Position numbers and translations under genes: made by a program. A stretch of DNA of 64,000 nucleotides from Marsupella aquatica (taxonomy: Eukaryota > Plantae > Marchantiophyta), in NCBI GenBank assembly GCA_973895155.1, contig OZ316898.1:560751-624750 (forward strand), in the 5' to 3' direction. Under the pieces are notes generated by a model, which was not told where the DNA came from, ran no database searches, and saw only the letters and a list, made by a program, of their open reading frames with translations. Of the stretch, positions 37,790 through 50,810 are shown piece after piece; positions within the stretch are counted from its first letter, which is position 1; every line of letters starts with the position of its first letter.

Positions 37790-38250
37790 AACCTGGCTTC
37801 AACAACTGTAGATTGCCACCTGTTTTGCCTACATATCACAACTGGCCAAGGTTTTTAGTTTATTTAATATGATGTCACCTCTTGTCAGCCTCCGGTTTAG
37901 TTAAGCAGCCTGGGTTAATAGCAGTTAATCCATGTCACATCCAAGGGGGAGGATGTGACATGGATGCAAATCGGGTGGCACAACTCACCCTCAATTCCAA
38001 CCTGCGTTGCCCCTCACCAAGGCAGCCCCTACCCCTTAGGCAGCCGCTACCTCCCTTCCTTGGCTCCCTCCGTGGAGCTCTGAGGGAGCACAACATTTGA
38101 GTCTCCAGTTTCCACCATTAAGTGGCCCGCTGTTAACTGGGTGGTTAACTAAACTGGGGGCTGGAAAAAAGAAGCAGCGTAGTAACAAAACTAAAACCAT
38201 GGCACTTTGCGATATTCAGACAAAAAGGTGACTATATAGTAAGAGCCAGC
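37790..38250. mobile_element. Non-autonomous inverted-repeat (foldback / long-TIR MITE-like) element
   Basis: CAGCCTCCGGTTTAGTTAAGCAGCCTGGGTTAA (37886) pairs with TTAACTGGGTGGTTAACTAAACTGGGGGCTG (ends 38163). The outer arm CCACCTGTTTTGCCTACATATCACAACTGGCCAAGGTTTTTAGTTT pairs with AAACTAAAACCATGGCACTTTGCGATATTCAGACAAAAAGGTG. No TSD resolved; ends approximate. Confidence 0.6.
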
Positions 38251-39133
38251 TCTGTTAAAGAATAAACAGATACCCCTAACAGCATTCCATACACACAATA
38301 CTAGTGACCTTATTCACCCCCTGAATAACTATAACTTCAACAGGGGCAATTAATTGATGCTGGTTTGAGTGGCAAAGCGAGGGGAGTACTAATACTAATA
38401 CTTTAGTTCAGCTCATTCAAATAAAATAGTAGTCATTTTAGTTTTGCGTTTAGGGTATAATCAGCGTTGGTAGGAGCTCGGAGTGTAGTACACAACTGCA
38501 ATAGAGAATCGGCAGACGATGCACGGAAGCACATTTTGTCAACAAAATTCATTCAGATGTTGCTCCCCAAAATGTTGAAGAACATTTCTGGGTACTAAAA
38601 CAGACACCTACCCAAGAGAACTCTGGGAACTGTATTAAATTCTTCACAAGCACCCAGATTCTTCACTGGCTTTCAAGAACAAGAACTGTCAAATGCTTTG
38701 CAGGCAATCGCCAATAAATACGACAGATCAAAGCCAAACTCAAACTCGTAATCAATGAAATGTTGACAATTGAGTCCAACACAAGACCAACGTATGAATA
38801 CTCACTAAACGAGCTCATAACTATAAATGAGACAATAATCTCACTCAGGCATAGAATATACATGTAAGCATAAGGGAATTTTCCCGCTCTCGGTCAGTTG
38901 GCTGATCACCCGTCCAAAACTCAGGATACTCCAGTCTGTCCAAGTGCATACCTCGTAGCCAGGCAATTGCCCCAACCCAGTCTTCAATCATCACGGAGAT
39001 GATTCTATACTGAAGTAGGCAGCTAGCGCTAACGGCTGCGAGGGAAATCCAATCTGAGAAGCACCATTCGGCCAACATCCTCCTCATCACTTTGATATTC
39101 CAAGTCCAATCGCCGGTCTGTCTACTCGGGATA

Positions 39134-42100
39134 TTACACACTGGAAAATCCAATCTGTTCCAGTAGCTGTGCTACAAGGTTTCCTGTTTCATACCCTGCA
39201 ACGGCTGCCAGGAAACCCGTGACAATAAGGGTGGATATGACTCTAGCAGCTGACTTGGACTTTACACGGGCCTTCGCGGCCCCCAACAGTACAATGGAGA
39301 CCAATGCAACCACACAAGTGGCAGCAAATTTGTAGTTCCTACTTTTTACACTTCTGAATGAGAACCCATATGTTATCGGAGAAAGAGCCCCAAAGAATAA
39401 AAAGGAGATTACGGAAAGACATCCTTGGGTAACACCCTGTCCAACCTCTTGCTGAAATTGTGTCCGGTTGTTGTAATACAGGGACATCATCTGAACATCC
39501 CAAACAGATTAAAATATGTAGTTCAGAAAAGTACGTCTGTTGAGGTGTGACAAAGCCAAAGCTGTGCGACTATGCTTAAAAGACACGAAAGTAAAACGAT
39601 GTAGGGATTCCCCCGCAACAACAATCATTGATGAAGGTTGCTACTCACGGTGCTCAAGTGTGTGAGAAGTCCAAACACCAGATTGGCCAGGCCAATTGCA
39701 ATCACTGTGACTGCGCACAGATGAACAGAATAACAAGATGAGACAAAAGACAAATTCCGTGTCTTGTGAAGAATCGCGGCCGTGCAAATGTGGCAGGTCA
39801 TCTGGGAAACAAAGAATTCCTTTATGCAAAGCTGAAAACGGGGAACCTTCACCATTTCGTATATGGAGCAGCCACATCGTGGTAGGATTAGAACTGTGTT
39901 AAGCACAATTCAAATTTACATTGGATATCTTGCTCAGGACTGATATTGATTGCTGGATATTGTGACGATCATTGGATGCATGCTTCTAATACATGCAAGA
40001 GACAAGATCCTGCTAAACGAAGGTAGGAAATGAGCAGTTTACTCACTTGTCTTGGCGTCACCTCCAGATCCTGAGGCCACGACCCCCAGACTGACAAGGG
40101 TCACATCAAGACCTCCATGAACAATACTCTTTAAGTATTCTGAAGGGGCTAGGTCACCTTCGCTTGAGCTTTGACCCTTTGCAATAGCAATTGCTTCTGC
40201 AGTGGTGCCACCCTCTACTGCAACAGTGGTTGCAGTACTCTCAATTTCGACAACTGTGTGTGGCTTGAGTGGAGCTCCGCCGAGCAGTGGGGTTGTAATG
40301 TCATTACCTTCTGTCCCTGGCAACAGTGGCTCTGCGGACGAAATGGTAGACAGAGTCAAAACCCTCTCATTGCAATTAATAAAAATTTGTCAGAAGTTTG
40401 AACGCAATGATGTTGGCCACTCACCAGGGATGAAAACTATTTAGAAGGAGATCTTATGTAGCGTGCGGAAGACATGTTCTAGAGGTCATAGTTCAGAAAG
40501 ACAGCTAACATGAGAAGGTCCCACTATTGCTAATTGACAGTACCCACAGCAGTGGCTAATTATGCAATGCCTCTCGTAAGCATTTGATCAAGTAGCCTAT
40601 GCGAGAGATGGAGAGAAAATGGCCAAGGTACATGAAAGAAGTGAATAAGCCTTATCGCGTGACTGGTCTATGTGTACATTAAAAGCGACAACAGAATCTT
40701 TACAAACAGCTAGGTCAGTATCCAACAGGGTAATATACCTGCAGGGACGTGATGATCTCTGAGCACATCGTACAAGGAAAACTTGGGGAATGACGGTAGG
40801 CAATTGCATCTTTCCCTTGTTCCGTCCAGTGATGGACGGCCCCTGGGCAGTTCGACTTCGGGAGACACATCTACCCCATTGCCCCCATCTTGCAGATGTC
40901 CCTCAAGCCCTTCTGTCACGCCACCAATGTCATTCATTAATCATATGAAGGGACTAATTAGAGGTTAGCGGTAGCAATGAGGTCTTCCAGGTTTGCTATG
41001 AAATAGGATGTCTACCAAAGCTATTCTCAACCGAAATCCGCAGAAACGACAAGCTGGCAATAATGATAAGAAGAGCACACCAAACTCACCGCCAACCGGA
41101 CTGTCTATCGACGGCCCCCACCAACTTAAGATCGGAAAATACGTTGGGAAACAATTGCACGACAGGTGCTCATTCTTTGGCTGGTCTTCTACGATTCCTA
41201 TGGTATTCTCTACTGGTTGGGACACTGCGTTAGGTGAAGCAGCCACATCTTCGTGGACTAGGTGGTTTGCAATTGCTTGTGCATAGTGTTGAAATTCATC
41301 GAGATCCCCTTCTATAACCGGACTGTATTCTACAGGTGCTCGTTCTGGCTCATCACTAGACCCGGCAGACAAATAGGAGGGAGTGGATGAGACTGTGTCA
41401 CCGTTGGCGATGTTCAACGGCGGCGATTCAGGTTTTAGCTTCTCAACAGTACTGGTGAAGTGCCCATCCTCGATATCAGCCTCGAAGTGATAATTGGACT
41501 GATGAATAGTTGCAGAATTGATAACGTCAGCTGGTTTTCCACTGGGTTTTTCAGTAGTAATTGTCTGACCGGAAACGATGCCTTCGACGTGGATATTTTC
41601 GGACACTGTGATTTCAGTCGTCCCGCCGCCGTTTGTTACTGCAATCGAGGCAAAGTTCAATATCACAGCACTCACACAAAAGTATCTGTCAAAGCCGTAA
41701 GAGCCGCAATCATGGTAGCCAACAACGGTATGCTACTCTTTCGCATAAATCACAAGCTGAATAGCCAATAAAGCAACTATGATTCAAAGTCAAGAAACTG
41801 AAGATACATTCATTGATAATGACGAACAATAGGACAAGATATTTCTGTCACATCGATAAGATTGCAATATGAGATATGAGAAGAGCAAAAGGCGCATTCA
41901 ATTTGAATCACGTCAGTATGTAGTCATATGAAGGACCTGGTCTAGCAGGTACAAAGTCCAATCCTTCCGATCCTTCAACGGCAGGGTCTGGTATTCCTGA
42001 AACAAATTTAAGCCCGGAAATCCAGTTCAACCTTGGTGGGCAAATGAGGCACCTTCACGAGAAGATTTGTTCAATGCTAAATACGAGAACGTAAGTATGA

Positions 42101-45100
42101 TAAATGTCAGAGACAATGCTGCGCTGTCTTGTCATTGCATGGAGATGAGCTGAGCACACACCAGTTGTCTCCATTATTGGATCAGTTGAGGCCTCGTCCA
42201 GCGGAACTGGCCCGGCCGCAGGTGGGTCTTGGTTGAGAGGTTCTTGAAGCCCTGCAACAAATTCCCCAAAATCCGATTACATCCTCCAATGATCAGACGT
42301 ACATCAACTTCTACTCCGTATGTATCAACAGCAGGCATGGTCCAGACATGACACACGTTAGGTGATACTCTTGTTGCTGCAACGATAATGCACTTGGAGC
42401 CATGACAAGTCCCGCCAACAAAGTGTAAATTAAGAATCAATATCATGAACTTGTAAGGAATTCTTGCTTCTCAACAGATCGGTCCTGACCATTTTCGTAT
42501 GTTGTCATGGTATGTCCCCAGCGAAATGCGGGGAACAAAAGCGGTAAACATGCGCAGGTTGCCGACTCTTTGGCCTCTGCTTTCAGATGAGAAGATTGTA
42601 AATCCTCGTCGCCATCGACAGTAACCTCGTCAGTACAGCCTGGGGTGGCCTGGGGTGATGACTGGATTTGGGTATGATCTGGGATTGATCGCCATGAAAA
42701 GGTAGATAGCCCGGGTAGGCAATTACAACTTCTGTTCTCTCCACTATCCTCAGGGACTTGACGCTCTCGGGTCCCTGAAGCACTAGGAATACCTGCAGAA
42801 GCTTCCTCGTATTGTTCCTCTCCTGAAAACTCGTAAGTATCCGGGGGAGGATGAGTATACACTGGGATTCGTCCCCATGTAAAGGAAGGCAGCTCTGTTA
42901 GGCAATTGAAAGTTCCTTTCTCGTCAGCAACCCCCAGGGGTCGAGGCTCTTGTGTCACTGAAGCAATAGGACTAACTGCCGTGCGTTCCTCGTCTTGTTC
43001 CATTTGTGCTGATTCAACCGTATCCAGGGGAGGATGAGTATACACTGGGATTGGTCCCCAGGAAAAAGCTGATAGTACCTCTGGTAGACAATTGCAACTT
43101 CTTTTCTCACTTCCGTCCTCCAGGACTTGATGCTCTTGCGTCAACAATGTAGAGGTTTCCTCAGGACTGTCAGTGATCTCCGGGTGAGATGACAAGTCTC
43201 CTGGTGAAGGAGACAAATCATATTTGGAAGGTGTTCCCCATGGAAAAGCTGGCACTGACGCAGGCAACGACTCTGAAGTTCCTCCCTTGTTAGGGTCCTC
43301 TACAGGATGGAATTCTCTTGGGGGCCTACGTGTATCTGCGACAGTGTTCGCTGGAAAAGAACTCTCAGATCGGAATGAGAAAAATGGGAGACATTCGCAG
43401 TTTTCCTTTTCTACTGTCTCTCTTTGCTGCGAAACCCCAATTCCGTCAGGAAGTTGGATAACGGACTCGTGATCCTTATCTGGGAGTTCACCATGCTCCC
43501 CGACCCCTTCAGCTTGGTGAGGGTTTGATGCTTCATCCTCTATCTCTGCTTGAAAATTTGATACTGATGATTCTTCAGTTGCCTCCTCCTTCACAGGAGT
43601 CTCCGGTTTGGGGCGTTGCAAATAGCTGAAGCAGCTGACCCGTTCATCCTCATCTGAAGGAACCTCCTGACCGTGTACGTTACTGACTGGCATTGGCTTT
43701 CCAATCGCTGAATTGTCTTCTTCCTTGGAAGTACCTGTAAGTAAGGGTTCATGTACGTCAGCGCAAACCCAACGAGCCCGATTAGAAACTTTCATGCTTT
43801 AAACTGAACTCCATTTGGATAGAGAGAATGCACGTGTAAATTGAAGAGCTCAAAAGTGACAAAAAATTCCAGGCCCGTTTATTCGAATGTACCTGAGCTC
43901 TTCGACCGTTGTAAATAACTAAAGCAGCTGACTTTGTCATCGTCATCCAAGGACACCTCATGAACAGACCCAGTATTCACCGGTCGTGGTTCTGGGACCT
44001 CCCCAACGACTTCTTCCCTTGCAGTATCTCCAGGAAGGGGTACTTTCAATTCTGCAGAACAAACAACTCATACTCATAAAATGCCGCAATCTACACAATG
44101 GAGTCCTCTCGGAATTGCAATTAGAGAATGAATACGTGAACGGATGAGGAGAAAAGTGTCGACGTTTTGGCCTCTTTGGCTGAGAGAAGAATAACCGTAC
44201 ATCAACAAGGTAGAAGGCACTTGTCACTTAGCCATTGTCTAATGGAATTCAACTTCCTTTCAATATTCGGGGACAATAATAATAATTGCTCAAGATAACA
44301 CAGCCTCTGAGGCTCAGTTAATTACAATTGGTAATCACTCAACGAGCTATGGAAAAGCCTTCAAGCATAGCCACAATCCAATAAGAGATGCGGTTTATTG
44401 CCTGAATTTTGCGAATAACGTAGAAAGGGATTGTCTGAAGTTTCCAAAACACGGCATTCTAGCAGGATTCCTGTACCTGGCTTTGACGTCCCTTGTTCCC
44501 AGCGGAAAAGCGTTGGAAGACATCGAACTCTCTCCTGGTCTGTCTCCACCGGCTCGCCAGAAGTTGATGGAGTTTGCTCCTCTGCCCCAGGGACAGAAGA
44601 TTGGGACACACGCCCTTCTCCAACGCCTGAGACACAAGACGAGAAGATGAGCTCATACGATGGATCGTGACCTGGTCCTCTAATTTCAAGCCCCGAGGAT
44701 GTGATGTTGCAGAACAACTTCCGGCTGAGGAGGCACACCCCAAATACATAGATATCAAATAATTGAACATGTAGCACAGGATGCAAGATGAGTTCCATAC
44801 CGAAAGTTGAGTCTGGCAATACTCCAGTGAAAAACCTAAGAATCATCCTATGAAAAACATTCACCTCTGCGTATGAAGAAAGAAAGGCAAGCGAAACACC
44901 CCCAAGTTTCATCGTCACTTTCATCAACTTGGGGAGTTTGATCCTCAACACCTCCTGGTCGGCTCATTATCTCCTTGGATTCCCTCCCATGGCCCTCCTG
45001 GCCGTGAGTTCTCTTTCTCTTCCTTAGTATAATCCTCTTGGTGACATCTGATCCACATGCTGGACAGATTAAGTAATGAGTCTTCTGCTCATGTACCACC

Positions 45101-48100
45101 TTCTCCAAGTCGTAGTCCACATGGGCACTAGATGAACTACTTCCATGATGGTGGATGACTGCCAAACTTGGGACGGCCCACTCTTCGGTTTTGTCGTCCG
45201 CAGTGCTACGATAGTCGAGGGAAACTAGAGACGGTGAGCTCTGGACCTCGCCATCTGCAGATTTACTAAGTGAAAAAGGTGAAGGTGATCTTCTGCCTTC
45301 CCCATTCTTGAAGGAAGGGAATCCAATATTATCGCAACTACCAAACGATGGTGATCTCTTTCCTTCTACAAGCAAGTACTCGCTTCCTGTCCTACCTGCC
45401 CAGTATTTCTGCATAGAAGTAAAGGTGTCTCCTTCGTCCTGAGAGGTGATCACCCCACTATTCATCCATTTTGGCGCTTCTTCAAGAGGACTAGGAGGTG
45501 CAACTCTGCCCCCATTTTCTGTTCTGATGCCATTCTCCTGGGAAGGTAACTCTCGGGTCGAATTCCCTTCCACACTCTCACTCGCTGACACTTTCTGTTC
45601 ACCGCTGTAATCTGAAACAAAGCCATTGGTCTTTGGATCCTTTTCTGTCTCCAGACTGCTATTTTGAGAAGCTTCACACAATTTTGGTATCACTTTGTCC
45701 ACATTTGTCACGTCACGAGTTACTGCTTTCAATGCTTTCACATTTCTCTTTTCAATTTCTGTGTCTTCGCTCTGAAGGTCAGCTGTAGAAAGGGTTGGCT
45801 CCATCACGTCCGGCTCTCGCACTACTCTTGCCAAAGCTATCGGTCGTCCCTTATGTGTGATAACTCTGGGTTCCGACTCAATTGTTTTGGCATCTACTGC
45901 ATCCTTGCTGAATTCATCATCACAAGGTGTCGTGGTGTCCAAGTCATCCTTGTTCCTCACAACATGAATGGCCTGTCCATCCCCTACTCCAGCATCACTT
46001 GTAGGGGCTGATTGCTCACTATGGACTTCCGGGACCTCCGTAAGCCCAACATCATCAGGATGGTTCAGATCGTCATTAACATCTTGATTGGCATTCTCGC
46101 CTTCCTTAAAGCCTGCACTATTGTCGACATGAACTAAATCGTGTACATTTGAATCTACCACAGCAAAGCTCCGTCTATCATTGCCGTTCACAGGCTCCAC
46201 TTGTCCAACTCCTCCCTCATTTTCCATTTCCTCCTGCGACTTCTGGTTTAACTGTCTCTCATGAGCTTCGACCTCACTGCCAAACACCTGAGTTATTTCC
46301 TCTTGGTTAGCCTCAACTTCAGGGGTTATGAACGAAGGCGAATCATCCAATTGACTGGCTTCCTCAATGCCGTTATGAGCAGTTGACCCAATGGACAGAT
46401 CTTCCGACTTGCTGTGCTCCTTGACTTCATGATGATCAGATGACACATCTGACGGCATCTCATCTGCACTGCTGTGATCTTTCGTTCCATTATCAAACGG
46501 TGGCCACTCGAGCACTCTATTCAACTTTTGGTCCTCAATCCCGTGAGGATTCGCAGCTCCAATGGGACTTCTTCCACCACTGCCCTCATCCCCACCTGCA
46601 TCATGATCTGGAGAACCATTAGGCTCGATATCGTCGAGTCTGCCCTCATCCACAGATCCATGATGATCAGCTGACCTATCAGACACACCCTCGTTATCGT
46701 CTTTTCTGTCAAACTTTCCCATTGAATGCTCATCGGCTGTGCTCAATATGTCATGTAGGCCAGATCCCTCCCACACTTCTGAATCCTCTACTAATTTCAC
46801 AGCCCCTGCACACAAGACAATGGTCCAGGAATGAATTTGCCATCCGAAGTCTTAGAATCAGAAGCCTGCTACACAACCAATGTAATTTTGAACTGCTTTA
46901 AACTGATCTAAGCTGACATCTTACGGTTGAAAAGAATCTCCCAAACTTGTGAGCCGCCATACAAACGACGCATGAGGACGAGATGGGACCGCAACTTAGT
47001 TGTCGATCCAAGATTTGCAAGGAGCAAATAACTACGCAGCAAGCTCTAAGAATCCCGGCGGGCAGAGTGCGAAAGTGTGCATGCTCTGAACAAATGGATG
47101 GTAGCTCGTACTGACAGCAAGAAGCTTGAATAAGCCTATTCCCACATCATGTTACTACTCACGTTCCTCTGGTGCATCCCTGATGTCTTGTTCACCCAGC
47201 CAGCGCTGCACATTGCTGATTTCTCCACAGTGCTGCTTATGCTGTCGTCGATTGCGCAAACTGGGATTCGGATTAGGATAAATCCAACCACAACTTCCGC
47301 ACCTCCACACCCCTGCAAGAAACAACGGCTCACTAAAGTAAGGACCAGAATGTGCATCTTGAAGCGCTGAATACGAATATGTAAGCGCGTGTCCAATCAG
47401 ATGACTGATGACAAAGAGAATTGCATCCTGGACACAATCCTGTCCGTGCTTATGAATGTCTACCATTCCCGGTATAACAAATTATAGATCTACGGGGCTG
47501 GAATAGGTGCATTGAGCTCAAAGAGGTATTTCATCTGTTTGTCCCCACTATAAGCAATTAAGGTAATACTAAGAAAACTGATGGCCTACCTTGTTCCTCA
47601 TCATGATGAACAATTGGCAATCCGTTCGGTTTTAAGGAGGGGGTCGTCTTGGATGGGGAAGCTGTCATGTCCTCCGACTTTACGCCGAGCACGTCGTGGT
47701 CAAGACTGCTAGACCTTGGAGGAGAGGCATGGGATATTTCTGAGAGTTGGCTGGGATGCTTCCCCCGTTCCCCTACACTCAAGGAATGGACTAGAGCCAC
47801 AGGAGAAGAATCCCCACCGCGGTAGCTGATATTCAAGTTATGGGCTAGATTCGCAGGAGAGTTGGGCGCACTAGCATGTGTCCAAAGCCTTCCGTAGTCG
47901 CTGTCAGCAGGAGTTGAGAATCTAGGATTACTTTGAGGAGAAGTAGGAGGAGTTTCCTCGAGAGGTGGAAGTCCGAAGAATTCTTTACGTTCTTGCTGCA
48001 GATGGAATTGCAATTTCTTTTCACTAGAATTTGATCGACCCTTTTTCTTCTTCGTCTCCTCCAAGGAATCTGGGCTTAAATCCGATTTCTTCTTCTTTTC

Positions 48101-48466
48101 CAGTTTAGACGGAGATTCCTCGTCAGTGTCCGAGGAACTACTGGAGCCCGAAGATTTTTTAATCACTCCGCTTCTGGCAGGAGGAGAAGAGGTTTCCCTT
48201 CCGTCTATGTCCGAGCCCGAGTCTGAACCAGTAGTGGAGGAGACGACCTCAGCTTCCCCAGCTTTGAGCTGATGATCGGAAAGAAACTTCTTGAACCTGC
48301 CTTTCAGTGAAAGAAGACGCTTCCGAGATGAAAATCTCCGAGACAGTCTCCTCCCCGTTTCCTTGTAGTTCTCCAATTTCTTCTCCATCTGTCGTTTCAA
48401 CTTATTAAATTTAGTTAACCGAGTTCTCAAATTATCTACATCTTCGGACACTATACTCTTGAACAT
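39134..48466 (-). CDS. MEBL: VIT1/CCC1-family 'membrane protein of ER body-like' protein, about 1982 aa; predicted exons 48466-47590, 46805-44865, 44626-44477, 44051-43893, 43734-42490, 42251-42162, 41996-41937, 41638-41090, 40912-40739, 40331-40047, 39710-39649, 39490-39134
   Basis: MEB-family motifs DYDLEKVVHEQKTHYLICPACGSDVTKRIILRKRKR and GCFACLSFFI; C-terminal VIT1 TM region YLKSIVHGGL..SLGVVASG..VIAIGLANLVFGL..SFLFFGALSPITYGFSFR..LLGAAKARV. All proposed junctions are GT-AG and the exon total (5949 nt) is divisible by 3. The first exon and the small middle exons are less certain. Confidence 0.85.
42690..43140 (-). repeat. About 180-nt (about 60 aa) internal tandem repeat in MEBL, about 3 units
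   Basis: SCNCLPEVLSAFSWGPIPVYTHPPLDT / TFNCLTELPSFTWGRIPVYTHPPPDT / SCNCLPGLSTFSWRSIPDHT; DNA GGGGAGGATGAGTATACACTGGGATT repeated at about 42843 and 43026. Confidence 0.9.
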
Positions 48467-50510
48467 CCCAAGATACTGCGCCTCTCGTTTACTCTCAGCA
48501 ATTAGCAAGTCTACCAGAATCACAACCAACGAAAATCTATGCAAATCGAAAGCCACAATTGAACAAGTAGTACTTATCATAGCTGCAGTGATGCATCCAG
48601 ATACCACAAGTGATGGATAACGCGGCCAAATCTACGTCCCGCGGGTGACACTACTCGCAATCTCTACAGTTTGAGTCAGATGCAATTCTGTTGTTCAGTG
48701 GGACTGGCTGGGCCAGTTTAGAATTGGCCGATCCCTCAAAGCCCCTCTAGGGCAATACATCGTTAAATTCTAGAGAAAACACTAATTATCGACTCCACGC
48801 CGAACATCCGCCTACTTTACGGGGGATAGGAAAGATATCCACGCACTGCATGGGCCAACAATCCGTCAAACAACCATGGCCCCACATTGAGTAGCGGCAG
48901 TAGGCGCCTACTCACAAACGAGACGGCTGCATCACGAGCTTCCCGATACCCATCTCATGCCTCCCGCTCTCTGTATGGCTATCCAAGTGAGCGAGACGAA
49001 CTAGTTCAAACCTGTCGGTAATCGTTCAGAACGAGTCCGGGCCAACGTGAGACCTGACCACAGAAGACAGGTCCAATGTAGTGCCGCGAGAATCGCCACA
49101 CAGTACGAGAAGTTTACAAATCAGCAGAGTGCCAACTTATGTCCTCTGAGCCAGTTGAGGTGCCGTTCAATCTGTAGGGAGTAATAGCTTATACGCAGAA
49201 CCAGTGCACGTAAGCAATTGAACACGGCAAGTGGAGTGAACTGGTCTGGTATTGGGAGGGAGCTCTTCTAAAAAATTACAGAAGTTGATCAACCAACAAG
49301 GACTCGACGGCACCGCCGTAGAGTGTGACCCGTCTCCTCCTGTATTCTCGACAACGAAGGAGACACGAGGCCGGTGGGAATAAAGAGGAAGGAGACGGAT
49401 GCGAAAACCATTCCAACGCGAGAGCCACACCCACGAAGAATTCTTCGGGCTCGGCGATGTGTGAAAAGGCAAGGAGACGTCAAGCTCATAATGTATGTCA
49501 GTGCGACGACGAAACGATGCCAGGAAGAATCTCGAGAGAGAAATAATTGCTAAAGTCCTTGGCAAATCCTCCAGCGGATAAGTGGAGCTAGAGAACACCA
49601 AACATAGTACGAGTATGACGGGGGAAGTCCCAAGAGCTCGGAGTGACAAGAATGCTCAGTACGATCCATGAAAAACTCACAATAGTTGAGTAAAGACAGA
49701 CCTGTCTCTAATGAAGAAGCGGCTGTCTGGAGCAGGAATCAAGGAACTGGAGATAGAAAGGAATTGATCTTGATCCTAACTCTCTCTCGATTCGTCTCGA
49801 TCTGTTCAAGACTCGCTAACTTCAGTATCAAAGTACACTGAAAAGTCTCGCAATCCAACAGAAAATGCAAACATTCAGTCATATGCTACACTCCCTCTAC
49901 CCAAAGAGCGGACGACGATCCAGCAATCCGGCACCCACTAGCCTCCCCTGCAGAGCATCATGCTCCCAAGGGCACAGCCACTCAACAATCGTTTGAAAGT
50001 TTGAAAGGTCGAGTAGGAGACGCGAGACGGTCTACTAGTCAAACGGCACGAAACGAACTCATCTCAGTAGCAATATGTAAGCTGTCTGTACGTACATCCT
50101 CATGTGCTAGACGGGCAACTGCTGGTCGATGATGACGACGGCTTTTCTCTCTCAGTGGACCGAATCGAGGTGAAGCCTGCAAATCTCCCTCTGTCAAAGT
50201 CCGTAGCTCTGAAGGTCAGCACCGACGACATTCTCGTCCTCCCTACAGCTCCCAGTCCAGCCGTTCTCACTCATGTTTCAACAAACCATGGATGATCGAC
50301 TGCTCACACATTCCGGCTCAAACTTTTTCTGTGGTCCTGCCCCAATACCCACCCAATTCTCCAGAAATTGGGGAGTCCTCCGATGAGCCGATGAGCGAAA
50401 CCCAGCAGCTGAGCTGCTTCCTACGCCATCATCAATGCACCTCTCTCGACTGCTGCTGGCGTCGGCTTGCCTAGTTTGCATTAAATTCGCTAGTTGAACT
50501 GTACTTGCAG

Positions 50511-50518
50511 TATTTATA
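50511..50518 (-). promoter_or_regulatory. Candidate TATA box for the MEBL gene
   Basis: CTATAAATA on the minus strand, at the transition from TE-like DNA to a CpG-richer, leader-like region running toward the MEBL ATG. Confidence 0.4.
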
Positions 50519-50810
50519 GAAGGTTTTTTTAGACTCCATCGTGCTTGGCCTCTCCTGCATTTTAAAATCATCTTTTGTGTGGAGAATATGAGAGGTCAAC
50601 CATGGTTGCCGACCTCTGGCATTTTGTCCGGTTGGCTTCAAAGTGTACAGTACTGTATATCCAATATGTTTGTGTCAAAATAATGTTTACTATGCCGTAG
50701 ACATGACTCAAGAGTAGACAAGCACCGTGCACCCTGCTGCCAGTATAATTCTCCACATCATTCAAATGAGCAGTGTCAATACCATGTAGCTATACATCAC
50801 ATTCGAAAAG

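Noticed and set aside
44361-44951. 196-aa ORF as a separate gene
   Set aside because: Only 44626-44477 is exon-like; the rest is MEBL intron or off-frame exon overlap.
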